From Macrostomum hystrix (Eukaryota > Animalia > Platyhelminthes), in the NCBI GenBank assembly GCA_950097015.1, contig CATNEN010000033.1, positions 4,960,001-5,024,000 on the forward strand: a DNA stretch of 64,000 nucleotides. Direction: 5' to 3'. The notes beneath the pieces were generated by a model, which worked only from the letters and a program-made list of their open reading frames with translations, was not told the DNA's origin and did no database searches. This document shows positions 42,160 to 53,800 of this stretch, piece by piece. Within the stretch, counting starts at the first letter, position 1, and every line of letters starts with the position of its first letter. The translations under genes and the position numbers were made by a program.

Positions 42160-45100
42160 CTGAAAGAGCAATATGTGCGTTACATACTACTAACAAACGA
42201 ATAATAAATTCTTTTATGTTTGAAGAAGTAAACTTTTAATATTTAAATTAGATATTTTTTGCTATTCACTTAGGCATAACCTATCAACTACCCTTATAAA
42301 GCCTTGAAATATAGCTATACTAAGGCCTATAAAATTATATGCTGAAGTCACTTTCAAAGTCAACTTGAAATGCAAGTGCTATTCTTATCCAACTGTATCC
42401 ACTGCTTACTTAGATTATCAGTTGGCATGCTTAAAGCTTTAAACATAACTAATAGACTTTATTGTTATACACCGCTTTATTTACCTTTAAGCTATATTAG
42501 TTAGTAGCTTGATTATTTAGCTATCTGTTAATACTATTGTAAATTAAATACAACACCTTGCTATGGTAGATTGGTCTTTGACTTAGCTTAGCTGCAGGGG
42601 CATCCTTTGGATGCAGCGGGGAGGTGTTGCCGCCCATTCTGCTAGCCCCTGGATGGTAGATTGGTCAACTAGGCTTAAATTAGGTCTAGGATATTATTAA
42701 TCAGAACAAAAAACATGGATATGAACTATGGTACATAGATTGGAATAATAAACTTATTTTTTTACCATTATTTATTGAAATTTGTGTAATAATAAGTTGT
42801 AATCACTTTTGGTACACTTAGAATTTAACTGATTCCAATTAGCCTTCTGAAAAGTAGAAATTACAGGCTCAAGCTAGTCTTGAATATAACTAGTAACCTT
42901 ACACTGAGTTGACAGAGGTAGAATAACAGTATATATGAGTATATTTGAAAGTATATTATAGTTCATATATTATAAAGAACTCCAGAAAACTTCAAACACA
43001 AAAGCAGTTTACCACATCCTAAAATGAATAGCTTTGGGTATATTTATAGCATTAAAAACATTAATTATAGGCCTAGTAACATACATGCACAACCTCCCAA
43101 ATCTTAGCCAGCCGTGCGACTTAGTTTTTGCTCTTATTTGCAACTTAGTTCGTTTCATTGCTCTATTTACAACTTAGTTTGCTCTCATTTGCTCTCTTTT
43201 TCTCTCCCCATTTTCCTTTTCTTCATGCCTTCCTTTTTTGTCTCTTGGTCCCCCTTTGATTTTTTTACGCTTGGTCAATTGGTTTTTGCGACTTACCTTG
43301 CTTGGCCCTTGTTTCACCCAGCCAGTTTGGCCGGGTCGGCCGGGTGTTGCCCAGGTATGCCTAGTAAGCTCCAAAAAGTGCACAAAAATATAACCATGTA
43401 TAATTACATTTATTTATATAGGTTCAAAAACATAATAATTATGATCTAAATCACTAAAATCCATATACTTTAGAAACATCTTGATCCCAAAAATTGTGAC
43501 AAAATAGTTTTACTTAAAGGTAGGGCATAGATGGTACATCATAGCAATCTTCAAATCCTAAGGGACATTGCACTGGGGTTGACTTCCTCCATTTACATAC
43601 TTCATATCCTTGCTTGGGATTGCACTGGCCACTATACATGGCATTGCCTAAATGCTATGCCATGACAACAAGCAAACGGAGGCTTGGTGGTGTCCATGAT
43701 AATACCACAGTCTATTCAAATAGGGAAGGGAATGTAGGTTCTATTCTATATAAATAAATAAAAAGCTCTCTGCCTTTCTTCAATATTAGTAGGCTTGTTT
43801 AGGAAAATTTTGAACTAAGTAAAAATTCTGCACTCCTTAGCCAGCTTATGGTAGTGTCTGATTGGGAAATGTCTAAATCATCTGAATCACTGGTACCATG
43901 CTGACTATATGACAATCCATGAAAATGAATATTTGACTCAGCATCATTTTCAGTAGCACAGCTTGCAGTAAGTGATCTCAAGGTCACAGAGGTTGGCCAA
44001 TGGCCAGAGACAACCTTTTTGACACATGCCAGGTGCCAACACAATGTGAGGAGGGAGGGGTAGTTCTGTTCTAACTTTGAAAACTTTTGTTTTATAGATG
44101 ATGAAGTGTCCACAAGTCTAAATCTCTTTGCCATCCACCCTCTGAGATATTGGACAGATCGTCATCTGGATGACGAAGTTTTAAGATGACGAAGTGTCCA
44201 GGTACCTTTTGACTCCTAGGGCCTACCTCAGCAAGTTCCTCTGGCACCGACTCAAGTTCTGGCCACTTTCCGTACTGGCTGACTGACCCATTACTATGCT
44301 GTGTATTACTGGTTCTCAAGCGCCATGACCTGCTTTACTGCTTTAATAAACTTGCTTTTGTTTGCTTGCTCACAATTCGGATCGAAATAATATAATGCAG
44401 GAATGCAGGAATGCAGGAACATTGCCCATTCAGCTAATTATCTTATTAAAAATTTATCATCCAAGACAAGTAGGCCCTGAAACCATTGTGTAAGAAGTTA
44501 CCTACTGAATCAGGTAAGCACATAATGCTTGAGTCAGTCCTGAGCTCCTGACATTGAATTGAAGTCAGACTGACATAATTGATATTGAAATTAGCAGTAT
44601 AAATATTGATAGCAAAAAGAGTTCAGATTGTGTAATGACGACGCATAGAAACATAAATATTTATAAGTATACAATTTTGCACTCCAGGTTAAAAAAATTC
44701 TTAAGCTTAAAATATACGAGTTTCTTTAAGTAGTTGCAGAATCTAAAACACATGAATAACGTCACGTGCGAATTTGTAAAAAGGGGCGTTTCCAGAAAAC
44801 ATGGTTATTTCTGACGTTCAAAATTCAACTATTAAAACAAATAACTAAGACAACGTATAGAGTTCATGAGAATTTTAGCGCCTTTTTAAATTCGTTTACA
44901 TTATGTGTTTTTGTCGATAGAATTACAGAAGTGTAAACGAGCACGGGACTAATAGTAAATAATAATAGCTAAATTATAGTTTATATCTGCTATTATAATT
45001 TTTATTGTTGATGTTAAATATTCTTTCCACTTCTTATATTTTTCTGAGTAATACACATTTTATAAAACTTCAACTCAAAGTTGAATACAACTTAAGTATC

Positions 45101-45802
45101 ATACCAGTAAGCCATAGGACTCATAGGCCACAAATCTGTGGCCATAAGAAAGCGAACACACTATTTTCTGTTTGAAAATTGCTGGATTTTTTAAGCACAC
45201 AGGTCTATCTGTTTGTTGTAGATATCAATTAGATTATATCTCACAAAATAACTGAGTGATTGATTTTCCTTTGATTGATTTAACTGAGCATTGCCTTTGA
45301 TGCTGGTGTGTTAGAATTATCTTTGATTAAAGCATCTCTCTCTATGTATCGTAAGTGATATTTGGCCTTTCATCAGTTAATTAGTGGAAATGTGAATGTT
45401 AGCTTAGCTTTTTGTCAGACTTTGTAAAATTTCAAAAAATACTTAAATACTGAAGTATATCCTGCTTTTGAAGTACGAAGTTCTATATTATCAGCAGGTG
45501 GTAGAGGTGCACTAAACATTAAACTACTCATATTGCTAGTGCATCAGTAAAATGTTTTGACTGATTGAATGATGGAATTTTGTTGCATAGTACACACTTT
45601 TCTGACTTATTTTAAGAGTTACTAATGTACTCTGTATCTAATGGTCATATTATTATAGTTGTTCTTGTTTAAATTATTATTATATAACTTTGGAGTCACT
45701 ATATGTTCTTCTACCTAGTTCTATATTCTATATTACATTCTATAGCTATTCTAAAACAGCTGCAATGGTACATGCTTGCAGTTACCCTACAAGACCAGAG
45801 CG

Positions 45803-47071
45803 ATGCCGCCCAGAGGCTTCAAGTGCACCGTGGAGGTGAGCATCGAGTCCGTTGCCTCGCCATCGACATGGCTGCCCAACCGAGACCCGCTCTACCTCAC
45901 GGTCGAAATGTTCGGCCAGGCCAAGCGAACTCGACTAGTTGAGCCGGCATTTCCTCTCTGCCTGCACGAGAGATTCGTATTCGAAAAGCTGTTCTGGCCG
46001 GCTGCCGACCCTCAGGACGTATTGGAGATGCTGGACGAGCTGCCAGTGACAGTGGAGCTGCGCCAGGTCACGGATGTCTACCTGGGCGGCTGCCTGCTTG
46101 CCTATTTTGATGCCGGTGCTAGAGATTTTCTCTACCCGGCCGGCGGCACTGCGGCGGCTCTGGCCAGCGGCTGTGCTGTCCACCGCGGCAGCCGGCAGGC
46201 TCAGCTGATTCGCACCGTAGATTTCATTGGTCCCGGGCCCCGCTTCGAGTTCAGCACTCGAGCCGTCATTGAGCAGACAACACCGCAGGCTTGTGAAGTT
46301 GATCTGCTCGGAGGTGACAGCGACGGCCTCGACGACGATGACTATTACGACGACGAAGATGACGAAGATGCGGACCCTGGACCGACGCTGTCGCCTACTC
46401 GACGCCTCCGACGTCGACGCCAAAGACGCGTGCGCCCTGGCTACAGCCGGCAGACTCTGGCAGCCGTCATGCGCTGCCGCTCACCAGGCCGCTTCGCCTC
46501 CGCCGCTGCGGCCGCCGCCCTGCGCGCCAATGGCGACGATCTCGAAGCCGAGGAGCGCCGAGCGATTCGTCTACGTCGAAGGCAACCGCCAGTGACACCG
46601 GCAGCTCCTGTGCGTGTCGACGGCCGGCCTCCGTTCGTCGTTCGACACGTGGACAAGAGTTTGGTCGGCCGGAAGCCGGTACTTCACGACACGCTGACGC
46701 GCCTGGGCGGGCCGCACGGCCCTGTCCGGCTGCCGGCGTCGTCGAGCAGCCTCCGGCGCAGCCGATCCTCATCCGACCTTCGCCGATCGATGCCGACATC
46801 AGGCCGCGGACCCTACGGCGGCGCCGGCGCTGGTCGAGACTACGGCTATGAGTTCGGCGAAGAACTGAACGATTACCGGGCTCCCTCGCCCTACGTGTCC
46901 GGCTGCTCTCGCGACGGCTACCACGGGACTGGCGGCGAGTCGCCGCTGCGGCATCGACTGTACGATGCCTATCTTAGGCGCGGTGTAAACGACTACGACC
47001 ACGGCTACGACAGCGGTGCGGGGCTCGAGCGCGGCATACGTCGGGTTCGAATTCAGGATGAGCGCTACTGA
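45803..47071 (+). CDS. spata6: SPATA6-family protein (single coding exon, 422 aa)
   Basis: N-terminal domain MPPRGFKCTVEVSIESV..LYLTVEMFGQAKRT..FPL..RFVFEKLF..RDFLYP aligns with the SPATA6 N-terminal domain; later RPPFVVRHVD motif. ATG 45803 is in frame with track ORF 45776..47071. Confidence 0.85.
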   Translation: MPPRGFKCTVEVSIESVASPSTWLPNRDPLYLTVEMFGQAKRTRLVEPAFPLCLHERFVFEKLFWPAADPQDVLEMLDELPVTVELRQVTDVYLGGCLLAYFDAGARDFLYPAGGTAAALASGCAVHRGSRQAQLIRTVDFIGPGPRFEFSTRAVIEQTTPQACEVDLLGGDSDGLDDDDYYDDEDDEDADPGPTLSPTRRLRRRRQRRVRPGYSRQTLAAVMRCRSPGRFASAAAAAALRANGDDLEAEERRAIRLRRRQPPVTPAAPVRVDGRPPFVVRHVDKSLVGRKPVLHDTLTRLGGPHGPVRLPASSSSLRRSRSSSDLRRSMPTSGRGPYGGAGAGRDYGYEFGEELNDYRAPSPYVSGCSRDGYHGTGGESPLRHRLYDAYLRRGVNDYDHGYDSGAGLERGIRRVRIQDERY

Positions 47072-47876
47072 GCAATCGCCGAACAAGTCGCGGATATTCT
47101 CATGCTGTTGAAAACTGTTTCATGTGCGGGATGGCTTTTTTATGCTTAATTGTTGCGCTAATCCCCGCTGTTTAATTCGTCTGCTTCTCCGAGCAGCTGC
47201 TGAGCAGTGCGCTGAGTTCGTTTTTCCTTTTCTTCGGCTTCATCCTAGCTCGAGTAGATAAATTAGGGATAGATTCCTCTTCTTATTGATTAATCACTTC
47301 CTGTACTTCTCTTTGCGATAATATTGTTATAGGCGAGTCCCTTTATTATCCGATATGAGTTTTTCAAAAGTCTTAACCTAATTAGTGACATACCGACATA
47401 TTTTACTACAACTGACAGTAATCTAAATGGATTATCAATGCTTCTGCGAGAAGTGATGCACTTTTATTTGACTCTGCCGCGCATTATATTAAACTTCTAC
47501 GAATCAATAAAAGTAAATATAATTACTTGCAAGCCTGTGTTATCAACTGATAATCCTACTGTTTTTAGTGCTATAAATTTCTTGATTTGTATGACTCAGA
47601 GCAGTGCACGATATTTTGCTTAACTGTTTTATCTACTTTGGATTCGGCCTTCTTTGTGTTTTTTATGTAACAGAAACTGTCCAGAATTGGCGACATTTGG
47701 TTATTGCGCAAATCTCATGTCTTTGTTTTTTTCTGTATCAAATTTCGTTTATTTGACTGAATCGAGACAGGTAGACTTAAAGAGCTGATACAGTGTCAGA
47801 AAAAATGAGGCCTGTGATCGTGCCCTACGCTAATTTTACTCATTCCAGCCGCTGAACCAGCAGCCGGCTTCAGAAC

Positions 47877-50800
47877 ATGACTTCGCAGCTGGTGGAATTT
47901 CGCGCCGGCGGCACAGCTTCGCCTGGCGGCAGCGCAGGACCCACGCCGAGAGTGCAGAATCAGGGTGAGTCAGCTACTGGCCAATCAGAATCGACCACTA
48001 CTCAGTCCTTTAATTCGACCCTAAACAGCACCAACCAATCAGAATCGAGTACTTTGTCTTTCGATTCAACCCTGAACAGCACCGACCAATCAGAATAGAC
48101 TACAGTACTGCCATTCAAATTAACCTAAATAACACCGACCAATCAGAAAGGAGGAAATCTGATTCTGCCCATTCCTTTACCCCTAACCACATACGCACAC
48201 GAGCCAATCAGAATCGGGCATTACTCTGGCTTTTCAATTCGACCCCCAACAGCCGTGAAAGATCGGAATGAACCACCACCTTCATTCGAACAGTTCTTCC
48301 GAAAATCAAGCCGGGAGCCAACAGGCCAACAGAAGACCAGCAGAAGAAACAGCAACCGCAGCAGCAGGACCAGTCACACAATGACTACCTACCTGAGGAG
48401 GTGATCTTCTCCCTGACCCAGCCGCCCGACTTTGTCGGCGCCGAGCTGCCCTCCTCGTTGGTCCGGCCTCGCGCCCTACCGAAGCCGTCCAATGTGTGGA
48501 ATTATCCCAAGCGGAGGGAGAAATTGAAGCACCTCACAGATTCCACAATCTGCTTGTGTGGCGCTGGAAAGTGAGTTTTTATGTTTTTTCGTTACTGACT
48601 ACTTATAATAGTATTGAGTAGAGTGTAGAGTAAATGAGCAGCAAAATTGAACGGATCCTTGAACCTCTTGCCGCAGGGACATTTCTTTCCTATACGACGC
48701 GCCGAGCGCGGTGAAGTCGACGGAGGCGAAGGCGACGGCCGGGTCAGCCGGCGACCCTGCGGATCCGACGCTGATCAGGGAGCAGGCGCGAAAGCAGAAG
48801 CAGCAGCGGCGCCGACTGCAGGCTCAGCAGGGCGACTCCAAGGAGGCGCGCCTGCCGGACTCGCTCATACCGGAGGAGTTTCACGTGGTGAAGAACAAAG
48901 GCGTGATCGGCCTTGAGTACAATCCAAGGTTTGTTCCGCCACTCGCTTGAGTATATCTGAGTGTAAATTGGTCAAGTAAATGTGGTCATTCCGTGGAAGC
49001 GAACTGACGACCGCTCGCTTCATAATATTGCGCGCTTGTTAACTAATAATTAATAATTGCAGGAGGGCTGCGGGGCACACATTTACACAGGTGTGTACCA
49101 CTGCCCTGACATTCTCATCGTCAGGCAGTGCACACTCTCACAGTGCCTTGGAGGTTGGCCCTCAAGGACGTAAATTGCACAACAAACCCCCAAGAATGTG
49201 GCCTCGCCGCGGAATCGAGCTCAGGGACCTTGGTGCGAGAGGCAAAAGCGTCAGTCCGCTCTGCCACTCACCCCCTTACTGCATTGTCATTGTTTTCCCT
49301 CTTTGGCACCTGCGTTTCTTACATAAAACAATAAGCTAGCCCTCGCTAACATTTCAGTGACCATTCAACTCTGCCAGAGGACCACGAGAAGCACCTGGTG
49401 ATGTTTCCGTCACTGTAAGTGAAAGCTTCACCATCTTGGCTTGACTTTGTTCCTTCATCGTTGAACACTCGACTCACTCCAGGAAGCCGACGAGCCGCTG
49501 GGAGGTGCTGCAGCTATCCAAGACCTTCGACCAGATGCTCGCCAGCGTCGGTGTCGACGAAGACTTCGAAGTGTCCGGCCCGACCCAGATGCACCGCCTG
49601 CTGGATCTGGTGAAGCGAGAGCAGGATGTGTACAACATTGTGTTCCACGAGCTCATCCGCCAGGTCACGGTGGAGTGCGTTGAGCGCGGCCAGCTGCTGT
49701 CGACCCTACGCGGCCGCTACAACCTGCTGCTGTCCAAGGTGCCTGCCCAGGTGAAGAGTCTGCACGACGAGGTGATGGCGCAGCGAGCTCTGGACCGGCG
49801 CCTCACCGAGGAGCTGCTCCGATTCAAGACGACCATCGGGGTGCTGACTTCAGAGCTGGCCGACGTCAAGGAGCACGACAGGCAGATCAGCGGCGAGGCC
49901 AGGGCCACCCAGGATGAGCTGCGAAAGGCGCTGGAGGAGGCCAAGAGGTCCGCCGACCTGCTGGGTGAATATCACGGACTCTACGAGCTGCAGAGGGCCC
50001 GGTTGGAGGCTCAGGTAAGGCGGCTGGCTACATCTGCTGGTCATGGGCCACGGGTGATCACTGATACACAGGTGGTCATTAATCACAGGTGTCCATTAAT
50101 CACAGGTGGTCATTAATCACAGGTGGTCATTAATCACAGGTGGTCATTTATCACAGGTGGTCATTAATCACTGGTCGTCATTAATCACAGGTGGTCATTA
50201 ATCACAGGTGGTCATTAATCACAGGTGGTCATTAATCACAGGTGGTCATTAATCACAGGTGGTCATTAATCACAGGTGGTCATTAATCACAGGTGGTCAT
50301 TAATCACAGGTGGTCATTAATCACAGGTGGTCATTAATCACAGGTGGTCATTAATCACAGGTGGTCATTAATCACAGGTGGTCATTAATCACAGGTGGTC
50401 ATTAATCACAGGTGGTCATTAATCACAGGTGGTCATTAATCACAGGTGTTCATTTATCACAGGTGGTCATTAATCACAGGTGGTCATTAATCACAGGTGG
50501 TCATTAATCACAGGTGGTCATTAATCACAGGTCGTCATTGATCCCATGTCGTCATTGATATACAGGTGGTCATTGATCGTAAGAAATACAGGTTTTGCAA
50601 TCAACATTAATCACAGGCTTTAAAAGGGCACTAAAAGTGCACGTTTCACCCCAACCCGTCGCTAGGTGAGCCAGCTGACGGAGGAGCGCGAGCTGTGGAG
50701 CCACACGGCCTACTGTCTGGCCCTGAAGGTGATGGAAGAGACTCAGCTGGTTTCGTGCAAGCGGCTGCACGCGACCGAGAAGGCGTGGCAGCACCTGGCC

Positions 50801-53800
50801 GGCCATTTCGCTGTCCTGCTGTCCGAGCGGGACACGGAGGACCTGGCCAGGGTGCAGGCCCTGGTGGACACCTGGCGGGAGAAGGTTGACGCCTTCGTTG
50901 GCCACCTCCGCGTCAGGGACGAGAGCAGCCGAAAGAATCTGGGACGATTGCGCCAGCTGACCTCCAGCCTGCAGGAGACCTTCGAGGATCAGTTCCTGTG
51001 AGTGCGGTCATTGTTGATTTTGTCATAGAGCACACATTGAACTCATCGGGGATTCGGTCTTTGAATTAGTTTGTTGCCATGCTATAAACTGGGGAGCATG
51101 TCGCTGAGTAGTTTGAGCTCCGAAATTTTCATCGAGGTCGGCGGTTCGATTCGCAGCCCACGGAGACAATTTGCGTCCTTGGGCAAGGCTGTTAATTCCC
51201 TAGAGCTTCCGTTGGGGGTGAGTGCCAGATCAGTCTAACGTGTTTGCCTCTCGCACCAAGGTCCCTGAGCTCGATTCCGCGGCGAGGCCACATTCTTTTA
51301 GGGAGCAGCCGCGGAGAGAAGGCTTGGGGGGCTTGCCGTGCAATTTGCGTCCTTAAGGGCCAACCTCCAAGGCACAACGAGAGTGTACAGTGCCTGACGA
51401 TGAGAAAGTCAGGGTATGTGCGTGTGTGCTCGGGAGTCAGTGTAATCAGCAGAATTACCCCATCGCTGGCTGCGAGTGCTCATACTGTCATGAAGTGCTG
51501 TTCCAGGGTGCCAATTCCTTCTTAAAGTACAATCACTTATTTTAAGCGAATGAAGTACCAAGCAATTCGCCCATTGATCTCCATTTTGCAGCGTTGATGA
51601 CATTCGGTAAATCCTGATTTTCGCGTGCCATGAAATTAACCGCATTTGAAAATGTGAAAAAATGTTAAAAATGAACTAGTTTTCAAGTGCTTGTCTGATT
51701 TTCGACTTTTTTTTAACTGACCAGGCACCCGTTGCTTTCTGCAAAGTTTTTGCCATTTTGCTTGCCTCTTGTACTTTTGCACGCGTGCTTTGTGAATTGA
51801 TTTAAGCACTGCTCCTAAGCACGTGTACTTTTATATTTTGCTTCGCTCCTCACCATGGCTACTTTCCCGCCCAAAAATCTTTCAGCGAAGCTCCCGCCCG
51901 TCTAAAAGGCCTCTTGACCGCGGAGAACACCGCCCAGATCCTCGCTCGCCTGCGCGAACTGGAAGCCGTGCTCAACAAGGAGGCCAACTCATTCGGCGGC
52001 GACATCATGCTGGACCTGCAGGAGAACATGGCCTCCATGCGCCGCCTGATGCTCACCTGGAACGACGCCTGCGTCACGCTGTTCGCCCGGCATCGCGCAG
52101 AGGATGGCGCCGAGTTTCCGGAGAAGAAAACGATGAGCGCTGTATCCTCTCTAGTGGAAAAACTGATGCGCCAGATGAACATCCGCCTGATTGGAGAGAA
52201 TGGCGTCGCCAGGGGCGTCATCAATCTGCAGAACATCCTGGAGACCTGGACGACTCGGCTGCAGTCGGTGCTCAACACTGGCAAGCTGCTGCCCGAGCAG
52301 GAGTGGACTCGCTTCTACACCCTGATCGAGGATTGGCTGGCTATCATTGACGAGACTATTGCGGCTGTGAGTCACCGGCTGCTATTTTTAGCATCATCCT
52401 GGGAGTGAGGTTGTTGCCCACTGTATATAACGTTTGTTTCTATTTTTAGCATCAATCGAATGAGTGAGTTTTTTGGCTCTCCAGTGAGTGAGTTTTTTTG
52501 GCTCTCGAATGAGTCATGAAGGGCTATTTTTAGCGCTTTTTCTCACTCCCTCACCTTGCCGAAGGAGGTGTTCACCCATAACAAAAAGTTGATGCAAATT
52601 TTTAGAGCGACGCCTCTTTTGACGCTACTAGAGAAGCAATAAGAGACGCTATAAGAGACGCTATTAGAGACGCCATTAGAGACGCTATAAGAGACGCCAT
52701 TAGAGACGCTATCAGAGACGCCATTAGAGACGCTATTAGAGACACTATTAGAGACACTATTAGAGACGCTATTAGAGACGCTATTAGAGACGCTATCAGA
52801 GACGCCATTAGAGACGCTATTAGAGACACCATCAGAGACGCTATTAGAGACACCATCAGAGACGCTATTAGAGACGCTATTAGAGACGCTATTAGAGACG
52901 CTATTAGAGATGCTATTAGAGACGCCATTAGAGACACTATTAGAGACACCATCAGAGACGCTATTAGAGACGCTATAAGAGACGCTATTAGAGACGCTAT
53001 AAGAGACGCCATTAGAGACGCTATCAGAGACGCTATCAGAGACGCTATTAGAGACGCTATCAGAGACGCCATTAGAGACGCTATTAGAGACGCTATTAGA
53101 GATGCTATTAGAGACGCCATTAGAGACGCAATTTTACGAGTAAACGCTTTTCTTCGCGTGACTGAACTCAGTTAAAAGATGTATAAAGGATCGAAAGCGA
53201 CTCGAAGCTGATTCCCATACTCGAATCTCTTCCAGGTTGGGAGCACAGCAAAGGAGGATCTGCCAGCGAATCAGCGAGAGCCCAGTCTGGACCCCAACAT
53301 GGTGGTGACTGAGGTGGGCAAGTGGGCCAACAAGGTGGCCAGCGGCATCGACAGTGAGGACACGCGCATGACGGAGTCGGCCAAGCAGCTGCACACAGGC
53401 ATGCTTCGCTGGATGATCCAGTCGCTGCTGCGCCTGGCCCCTGATTATCCCGGCAACAGCCAGGAGGCTCACCAGGCTGCCCTGATGGCCTCGGCCACTC
53501 CGGAGGAACTGCTGGCCTCGTTCAAAGAGCTGGGCGAGTGGCTGACCAAGTTCACCGTGTACTTGGCTGACTCCTGCTCCGTGATTGTCAGCGGCATTGT
53601 GGCGCAGCGAATGGCCGTCAAGGACGAGGATTTCGATAGCGAGCAGGCTGAGCTCATTAGGATGAAGGTGAGTGAGCACATTGAGCCAAGCAGTATCTGA
53701 TTGTAATGCATGTCTGGCTTATGTATTTGTTCCTCAAATTACATCCGAACTTAAGAACATCAACATCGCATTGCCCTGCCGACAGTGGAAATATCTGAAT

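Noticed and set aside
43799-44319. Minus-strand ORFs 43799..44134 and 44092..44319 upstream of acaa2
   Set aside because: No recognisable homology, no in-frame ATG, and broken into two frames. A phase-0 GAG|GTAGGC donor exists but cannot be supported as an acaa2 exon.
44763-44768. CACGTG E-box as a bidirectional promoter between acaa2 and spata6
   Set aside because: A single hexamer is expected by chance, and there is no TSS evidence.
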